12,149 nt of DNA from a candidate division WOR-3 bacterium (GTDB taxonomy: Bacteria; Hydrothermota; Tepidihabitantia; Tepidihabitantales; JAOUPE01). The stretch is from positions 1 to 12,149 of the forward strand of contig JBDRUX010000075.1 in assembly GCA_039801565.1 (NCBI GenBank), written 5' to 3'. This document shows, piece after piece, positions 1 to 5,673 of the stretch. Numbering within the stretch: the first letter of the stretch is position 1; every line of letters begins with the position of its first letter. A program made the position numbers and the translations under genes. The notes under the pieces were generated by a model. The model worked only from the letters and a program-made list of their open reading frames with translations. It was not told where the DNA came from and searched no databases.

Positions 1-10
1 TGCGGTTAGT

Positions 11-103
11 TTAATAAAACTGGCTGTAGAATACAATGACCAGTTTTTGGGTTGGCGCCAGGGGTGGTTCCCACCCCCTGGGTCTCTTCTGTTCTCTTGT
101 CAT
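11..103 (-). CDS. Putative small protein, 30 aa (MTREQKRPRGWEPPLAPTQKLVIVFYSQFY)
   Basis: Manual translation: ATG at 103, TAA at 13-11. SD-like GAAAGGA lies 5 nt upstream, and an extended -10 at 138-130. Too short for the ORF track; no recognised homology. Confidence 0.4.
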   Translation of the reverse strand: MTREQKRPRGWEPPLAPTQKLVIVFYSQFY

Positions 104-129
104 ATTTATCCTTTCTCTATTTTGCAGAC

Positions 130-138
130 ATTATAGCA
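130..138 (-). promoter_or_regulatory. Extended -10 sigma70-type promoter (TGcTATAAT) pointing left
   Basis: Reverse complement of 130-138 is TGCTATAAT, a perfect TGnTATAAT, ~27 nt upstream of the ATG at 103. Confidence 0.55.
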
Positions 139-170
139 CATAACTTATAACCTCCGAATTTTTTGATACT

Positions 171-398
171 CTATTCCCTGATCTGCTCCCTGGCTTACCT
201 ACTAGGCAAACCTCTGGGCAATCCACCGGTCAACCCTCTGGTCTACCATCCGGGCAAACAACTGGGCAATAGGATAGGCAAAACGGTAGACTAGGGGGTG
301 GGCTAGCCCCTAGGCTAGCCCCCTGGCTAGCTGATAGGCAAGGGAGTAGGCAACCTACTGGACCGCCCAGAGGCTAGCCTACTGGATAACCAAGAGAT
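171..398. repeat. Degenerate 12-bp-period tandem array, ~19 units, rough consensus C(A/T)A-NCN-NNT-RGG
   Basis: Units in register from 195: ttacctactagg, caaacctctggg, caatccaccggt, caaccctctggt, ctaccatccggg, caaacaactggg, caataggatagg, caaaacggtaga, ctagggggtggg, ctagcccctagg, ctagccccctgg, ctagctgatagg, caagggagtagg, caacctactgga, ccgcccagaggc, tagcctactgga. Clearly more GC-rich than the flanks. Confidence 0.8.
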
Positions 399-482
399 CC
401 GGTTAGAGAACTGAACCTCGAGTTGATTTGAAAGTTTATTATAACATAACGATGAGATTTATTAAATGAGACGGTGATATAA

Positions 483-674
483 GTGCCTGTCAGATCTACT
501 GTTAGACGAATGAAGAAGTTTGAAGCAAAATATGACTCGGAAACGATTAAGCAAGCGATTGAGAAGCAAAGAGATAGTATTATTGCCCAGCAGATTGCCC
601 GGCAAACCGAGTTAGAGGAGATTGAAAATCAAACTAAATTGATTTTGATATTCCTACCCACTGATTCGAAATGA
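483..674 (+). CDS. Small helical protein with basic N-terminus; possibly a truncated SIRV2/Adnaviria capsid-like DNA-binding protein
   Basis: GTG start with SD-like GGTGA upstream. RSTVRRMKKFEAKY is followed by amphipathic helices. Resemblance to the rudivirus MCP N-terminus (RSYSQRYAKWQAKF, recalled from memory) was judged by eye only. Confidence 0.5.
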   Translation: MPVRSTVRRMKKFEAKYDSETIKQAIEKQRDSIIAQQIARQTELEEIENQTKLILIFLPTDSK

Positions 675-987
675 ATTTAAATCAAAATAAGCCAGAAACT
701 CAACCTTGAAACAAATTAAGGATTCAATTCCGGAGTCATCGGAATTAGAGTTATTGGAATTTACCCTCAAGCAAAATCAAGTAGTTGTAATCAAATTTTG
801 TGGAAATTTTAATTAGAGAGCAATGACTTTTTGGGTCGCGATAACTACCCAGTAGTCAATGACGAAAATATTCGGTGGCTTATCGTAACGGTTTATAAAA
901 AGGTGTGGTCAGGTATCAAGCAAAAGCTAAGAATATCGAATAACTGAGCCGTAGCACATCTTATCTTCGAACCAGAAATGTAATCTA

Positions 988-1015
988 TTGACAGAAAAAT
1001 TGTAAATACTAAAAT
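988..1015 (+). promoter_or_regulatory. Sigma70-type promoter for the 1051 gene
   Basis: TTGACA (988-993), 16 nt, TAAAAT (1010-1015); strong SD AAGGAGGT just before ATG 1051. Confidence 0.55.
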
Positions 1016-1050
1016 AAGGTGTTGGTGAATATACCGTAAAGGAGGTAGTA

Positions 1051-2193
1051 ATGAAGTTATTGTTTCGTTTTCTTTTTAGCTTTTTGATAGCGGAGCTTAC
1101 TGCCGAACCAATAATAACCGGCAATTCTAAAATTGAATCAGCTAACAACGATTCTGATCTGGTAAATATTTCTAAAGGAAAATTTCTGCTGGAACGGGAG
1201 ATGTTACAGAATCCAGGTTTTGAAACCGGCTCGCTTTATCCCTGGACGACAAATAATTGGATTGTTGACACGATTTATCCGCATCAAGGACGATACTGCG
1301 CTTCCGTTGTCGGTAACTACTGGATTAGACAGAATGTCCGTCCTATGCCATCAGGTTATATAACGCATGTTACCTTCTGGGCTCGTCAGCCCGAGGCACC
1401 GGCTGCACAGGCTTATGACTTTATTTATAATGATAGCACAATTGAAGAGTTTGTCCATTTTCCTACTGCCGAATGGGCTCAGTATGACGTTACAGCAAAT
1501 CTTAATCAGCAAAAGATTCTGGTCGCTTTTCGACTCTGGGGCTATTCAGGAGGTGGTCCAAATCCAGATAGTACCTATATTGATGATGTTTCAATTACCC
1601 GAAGGGTAGATGTTGTAATCACCTCAATCCTTTCACCAACCGAAGATACTTTTCATATAGGTGATACAATTAGACCGAGAATTAGAATGAGTAATAGTAT
1701 GCCATTTACTGAATCGCTTTGGGTCTGGTTTAAGATTGACCATACCTGTTCATCGTATACTTATTGTGACAGTTCTTTTATAAATATCCCTCCCGGCTTA
1801 ATAGATGTCGAATTTGCACCCTGGATACCAAGGTATACTGGTCAATACCGGTTCAGGTTCGAGCTTAGTCCGAATGATACAACACCATGGTATTACTTTT
1901 GGATTGTGGAAGGCATTGCAATAAAAGAAAACAACGATTTATTATTGAGTAACAAAATCATAGTTCGACCAACCATCGGCAAGTCTTTTGAATTCGTTTG
2001 TGAACCTAAAATTCCTAAGGTTTTGAAAATTTATAATTCAGCCGGCGAGTTAGTCTGGACTAAGAAGATTTCAGCCAAAGAACCATTTACTGTCAAATGG
2101 TTTGGCAAAGACCAGCTGAACCGGGGTTTATCACCCGGAGTTTATATATTGAGCTATGGCGATGTTACTAAACGGATAATGCTCGCCAAATAA
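1051..2193 (+). CDS. Secreted protein: CBM4/9-like galactose-binding-fold domain, CARDB/Ig-like domain, C-terminal FlgD-Ig/T9SS-type-A-like domain
   Basis: Signal peptide MKLLFRFLFSFLIAELTA. LQNPGFETG...YIDDVSI brackets a CBM-like beta-sandwich; DVVITSILSP marks an Ig/CARDB-like start; C-terminal LKIYNSAGELV...WFGKD...LSPGVYIL. Confidence 0.75.
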   Translation: MKLLFRFLFSFLIAELTAEPIITGNSKIESANNDSDLVNISKGKFLLEREMLQNPGFETGSLYPWTTNNWIVDTIYPHQGRYCASVVGNYWIRQNVRPMPSGYITHVTFWARQPEAPAAQAYDFIYNDSTIEEFVHFPTAEWAQYDVTANLNQQKILVAFRLWGYSGGGPNPDSTYIDDVSITRRVDVVITSILSPTEDTFHIGDTIRPRIRMSNSMPFTESLWVWFKIDHTCSSYTYCDSSFINIPPGLIDVEFAPWIPRYTGQYRFRFELSPNDTTPWYYFWIVEGIAIKENNDLLLSNKIIVRPTIGKSFEFVCEPKIPKVLKIYNSAGELVWTKKISAKEPFTVKWFGKDQLNRGLSPGVYILSYGDVTKRIMLAK

Positions 2194-2202
2194 AAATAGC
2201 GG

Positions 2203-2231
2203 TTGCTACTGACTTCAATTTTTGCTATACT
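2203..2231 (+). promoter_or_regulatory. Sigma70-type promoter, probably giving a leaderless mRNA
   Basis: TTGCTA (2203-2208), 17 nt, TATACT (2226-2231) with extended TG at 2223-2224. ATG at 2240 and no SD. Confidence 0.55.
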
Positions 2232-2239
2232 TTAATTAA

Positions 2240-3421
2240 ATGTTAGCAAAAGTGCAAATTTTTAAGAAATATTCGGTAATCGCTTTGGTAGTAACGATTC
2301 TTACGCCGGAAATTCTTTTTGGTTGGTGGGAGATTTGGCCCTATAATGACCACCAGGCAATCACCTCAAAAGCGATTGATATTGCTGCTGAGCGCTGGCC
2401 AGAGATGGCCGAGGAAATTAATAATTACCGTGATGAGATGAAACAAGGTAGTCATGATGAGGACTTCGGCTCGGATACCCTTTACGGGAATTCATCAGAT
2501 TATTCGGCATATAATCCATTAGTTCCGCAAGCCTATTGGCCAATTGCCCGACTCCATCTAAATGCCTTGGAGTGGATTCGAGCTTGGCAAAACCCTTATT
2601 CCTGGGATGTGGCAATCAGTTTGTATAATTCAAATCGAAGTGCAGCGTATTTAGCCTTAGGTCATATCTTGCATAACCTTCAAGACCTATTTGTCCCGGC
2701 TCATTCATTTGTTGCCCCGCACGGCTTAGGAACTGGTGGTTTGGTTTACAATCACTCTTGGCCCTTATATTTTGATAATTTTGAGCAGTACTGTGAAGTA
2801 ACGGCTAATGAATTAAATCGCGCTGACCCGAATCGAATCCCGGAAGTTTTTAGTGCGCCTGAATCTTTAATGAAGCAAGCGGCAATCTTTGCGACACAGG
2901 ACCAAGAGAGTCTAAGTTATTATCCGAATCAATATTATGCTGCGCCGGATTCGGCAGGTGATTGGGGAAAATATCGGCCTTATCCTTACCGGGGTTATCC
3001 TTGCGGTATTGACAATGTCAATAATGATATTGCTAATGCTTGGTCGCTATTTTTAGTGCCAAGGTGTGTTGAATATACTGCAGCAATGATTCGGTTCTTC
3101 TATCTCCAATTTCAGACCGGAATTAAAAATGAACTAAAGTCAATCGCTATCTCTTGTCAAATGATAATCACTAATCCTTATCTCGGGCAGGTTAAAATCA
3201 ATTATTCGGTCACCAGGCAAGGCGAAGTAAATTTAAGAGTGATTGATAAAATGGGCAGGATTGTAAAGGTCTTAGATAGAAGCAGTAAAAAGCCGGGTAA
3301 ACATCAGATAATCTGGGATGGTAAAAATTCAAAAGGCAAAACAGTTGCAAGTGGAATCTATTTTGTTGTGCTTAGTATAAACAACTACGCAATAGGTCAA
3401 AAAATTGTCAAATTACATTGA
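2240..3421 (+). CDS. Secreted Zn-dependent phospholipase C / P1-S1 nuclease-fold protein with C-terminal FlgD-Ig/T9SS-like domain
   Basis: Signal peptide ending ILFG followed by Trp. Motifs W...H(QAIT), GSHDED, LGHILHNLQD...PAH and FE match the Zn ligands of the PLC/P1 fold. C-terminal LRVIDKMGRIVK...WDGKNSKGKTVASGIYF. Confidence 0.75.
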   Translation: MLAKVQIFKKYSVIALVVTILTPEILFGWWEIWPYNDHQAITSKAIDIAAERWPEMAEEINNYRDEMKQGSHDEDFGSDTLYGNSSDYSAYNPLVPQAYWPIARLHLNALEWIRAWQNPYSWDVAISLYNSNRSAAYLALGHILHNLQDLFVPAHSFVAPHGLGTGGLVYNHSWPLYFDNFEQYCEVTANELNRADPNRIPEVFSAPESLMKQAAIFATQDQESLSYYPNQYYAAPDSAGDWGKYRPYPYRGYPCGIDNVNNDIANAWSLFLVPRCVEYTAAMIRFFYLQFQTGIKNELKSIAISCQMIITNPYLGQVKINYSVTRQGEVNLRVIDKMGRIVKVLDRSSKKPGKHQIIWDGKNSKGKTVASGIYFVVLSINNYAIGQKIVKLH

Positions 3422-3445
3422 GGTGGCATCCGATTTATTGGATTA

Positions 3446-3473
3446 TTGACAAAATGATAAATTTAGTTAGGGT
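3446..3473 (+). promoter_or_regulatory. Candidate promoter of the folE2 operon (possibly leaderless)
   Basis: TTGACA (3446-3451), 16 nt, TAGGGT (3468-3473); ATG at 3480, 6 nt downstream. Confidence 0.4.
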
Positions 3474-3476
3474 GAA

Positions 3477-4235
3477 TTGATGGCAGAAAGGAAAAACTGG
3501 CATCAAATTGATATTGATAAAGTTGGCGTAAAAAATCTTCGCTACCCAATTTTGCTCTCCGATAAGGCCCATAAACAACAGCACACCGTTGCCAATATCA
3601 ATATGTATGTCAATCTACCCCATCGGTTTCGCAGTACCCATATGAGTCGTTTTATCGCTATCCTTAATCGGTTCCATCGGGAGATTGCAATTCATAATGT
3701 TGGTAAGATTCTTAAGGCGATGAAAAAGGACCTGAAAGCCGAATCGGCGCATCTGGAGATGGAGTTTCCTTATTTTATTGAGAAGCGGGCACCGGTTACC
3801 AAATCCGCAGGCTTGATGGAATATCGGTGCCGGTTTATCGGAGAACTGGGCGAGAAGATTCGTCTGCTCTTAGGGGTGGCGGTTCCGGTCTTGACCTTGT
3901 GTCCTTGCTCAAAAGAGTTAGCTGAAAAGTCAGCCCATAATCAGCGGGGCGAAATTCGAGTCCTAATCCGATTTAAAGGTTTTCTCTGGATTGAAGATTT
4001 AATTGAATTGGTTGAGGATTGCGCCTCCAGTCCAGTCTATTCTTACTTAAAAAAACCGGATGAGAAATTTGTCACCGAGCAGGCTTATGATAATCCGGTC
4101 TTTGTTGAAGATGTGGCACGAAATGTCGCGGAAAGATTAGATGGTCATCCCAATGTGGTCTGGTATAGTGTCGAAGTGGAGAGTTATGAGTCAATCCATA
4201 ACCATGATGCCTATGCCTATATTGAGAAGAAATGA
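3477..4235 (+). CDS. folE2: GTP cyclohydrolase type IB (FolE2); ATG at 3480 is the likelier start
   Basis: Family motifs IDKVGVK.LRYP, THMSRF, TLCPCSKE, AHNQR, DEKFVTE.AYDNP.FVED, ESIHNHDAYA. Confidence 0.95.
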   Translation: MMAERKNWHQIDIDKVGVKNLRYPILLSDKAHKQQHTVANINMYVNLPHRFRSTHMSRFIAILNRFHREIAIHNVGKILKAMKKDLKAESAHLEMEFPYFIEKRAPVTKSAGLMEYRCRFIGELGEKIRLLLGVAVPVLTLCPCSKELAEKSAHNQRGEIRVLIRFKGFLWIEDLIELVEDCASSPVYSYLKKPDEKFVTEQAYDNPVFVEDVARNVAERLDGHPNVVWYSVEVESYESIHNHDAYAYIEKK

Positions 4236-5062
4236 AATTTTTTATCTCGGTTGATTACGAAGGTCTGGCTGGCAGCGTCTCTTGGGAAGAATTTCGCTCA
4301 GAGCCGCTGCGTTTTCGGAAATTGATGACAAATGAAGTAACCGCAGTCATTGAAGGGATAAGAGAAGTTAATCCGAAAAGTGAAATTGTAGTCTGCGATG
4401 CCCACGGGTTTGGTCATGATTTGTTGTTTGAAGAATTACCGGCTGGGGTGATGACAATTCGGGGTAGCCCGCGACCGTTAAGTATGATTGACTTAATTGA
4501 TAAAAGTTTCAACCTTTTATTTTTTATCGGTTATCATAGCAAGGCTGGCACTATGGCTTCGACAATGGACCATACCTACTCTTCCTCGACTTTCTATCGA
4601 ATTAAAATCAATGGCCAAGAAGTTGATGAGGCAATGATTAATGCTGCCGTAGCCGGCTGTTTTGGCGTCCCTTTAGGCTTAGTTGCCGGCGATGATAAAT
4701 TGATTGCCGAAATAAAACAGACCTTTGGCACAACGATTGAAACGGTTGTTACGAAATATAGCCGTTCCCGATTTGCCGCGCTAACCCGTCACCCAAAAGA
4801 TGTTTGCACTGAACTTAAAGCAAAAGCTAAAAGTGCAGTATTGAAGAGAAAACGATTTAAACCATTTCGCTTCAAAACTCCCTGCCAAATTGAGGTGCAA
4901 TTGACCGATACAGCTCGAGCCTATATGGTGGCAATGATACCAGGGAGTAAAGTGATTGATAGCCGGACCATTGGTTACCAGACAGACAATTTTCTGGATG
5001 GCTATAAATTTATTCTATTGTCAGCAACTTTAGGTATTGCTGCCGGTCAGATTTACAAGTGA
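4232..5062 (+). CDS. M55 family D-aminopeptidase (DppA-like)
   Basis: N-terminal MKFFISVDYEG (DxE Zn motif), DAHG, FIGYH, HTYS, VAGDD. ATGA overlap with folE2. Confidence 0.92.
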   Translation: MKFFISVDYEGLAGSVSWEEFRSEPLRFRKLMTNEVTAVIEGIREVNPKSEIVVCDAHGFGHDLLFEELPAGVMTIRGSPRPLSMIDLIDKSFNLLFFIGYHSKAGTMASTMDHTYSSSTFYRIKINGQEVDEAMINAAVAGCFGVPLGLVAGDDKLIAEIKQTFGTTIETVVTKYSRSRFAALTRHPKDVCTELKAKAKSAVLKRKRFKPFRFKTPCQIEVQLTDTARAYMVAMIPGSKVIDSRTIGYQTDNFLDGYKFILLSATLGIAAGQIYK

Positions 5063-5673
5063 AGACTTTAATCGTCAATTGTTATCCCAACGATGCGGAT
5101 AAGAAAATAGAACCTTATGTGCAGTTGGTAAGCCAGTATAGTGAATATGAAATAGAAAAAGATTGTCAACTTCATAGAGATTATGACCTTTATGGATACG
5201 ATGCGGTGCTTATTTCTGGTTCACCCAATCTAATATCGTTGGGTGGTTATTCAAAACATTTTTTGGCATTTATCCAAAATCTTAAGATTCCGACCTTAGG
5301 AATTTGCTATGGTCACCAGATGTTGGCTTTCGCTTATGGAGCTGAGATTAAATCAGGAAAAAGAATTGAAGATTATGAAACAGTTAGACTGTTGGATTTT
5401 ACTGACCTCTTTTGGGGTTTGACAAAAGAAATTTCAGTAGTAGAAAGCCATCAAGAGTTTGTCGGGTTAGAGACATTACTAAGAACCGAATTCATCTTAA
5501 CTGCTGAATCTAATTCCTGTGCCGTCGAAGCGATCCGACACTCGAAACTACCACTCTATGGCACCCAATTCCATTTTGAACGTTCGGGCGAAATAGGGGA
5601 GAGGATTATGGCAAATTTTTATAATAATGTTGTTAAGAGACATTTAAGACAAAATGCTAAAAGACCTGATTAA
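5059..5673 (+). CDS. Stand-alone class I glutamine amidotransferase (GMP-synthase GATase-like)
   Basis: ISGSP oxyanion strand, LGICYGHQ nucleophile elbow, ESH, and GTQFHFE giving the Cys-His-Glu triad. GTGA overlap with the upstream gene. Confidence 0.88.
   Translation: MKTLIVNCYPNDADKKIEPYVQLVSQYSEYEIEKDCQLHRDYDLYGYDAVLISGSPNLISLGGYSKHFLAFIQNLKIPTLGICYGHQMLAFAYGAEIKSGKRIEDYETVRLLDFTDLFWGLTKEISVVESHQEFVGLETLLRTEFILTAESNSCAVEAIRHSKLPLYGTQFHFERSGEIGERIMANFYNNVVKRHLRQNAKRPD

Noticed and set aside
171..398. CRISPR array
   Set aside because: No identical 23-47 bp repeats with unique spacers, the period is only 12 bp, and no cas genes are in view.
171..398. Intact tetrapeptide-repeat CDS (QTSG-QSTG-QPSG-LPSG)
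   Set aside because: No start codon after the in-frame TAA at 141, and stops at 270, 375 and 387. The opposite strand in the same register also has TAG stops.
726..746. Hairpin AATTCCG...CGGAATT as a terminator
   Set aside because: Short, AT-rich stem with no U-tract.
675..950. Frameshifted continuation of the 483 ORF, or a HepT/DUF86 toxin remnant (NYPVVNDENIRWLIV)
   Set aside because: Only short frames without convincing starts; the resemblance is too weak and there is no RxxxxH motif.
927..1148. 73-aa minus-strand ORF
   Set aside because: Antisense to the promoter, SD and start of the well-supported 1051 gene.
5059..5673. Assigning guaA, pabA or trpG to the GATase
   Set aside because: No synthase domain or partner gene nearby, and the motifs are not specific enough.
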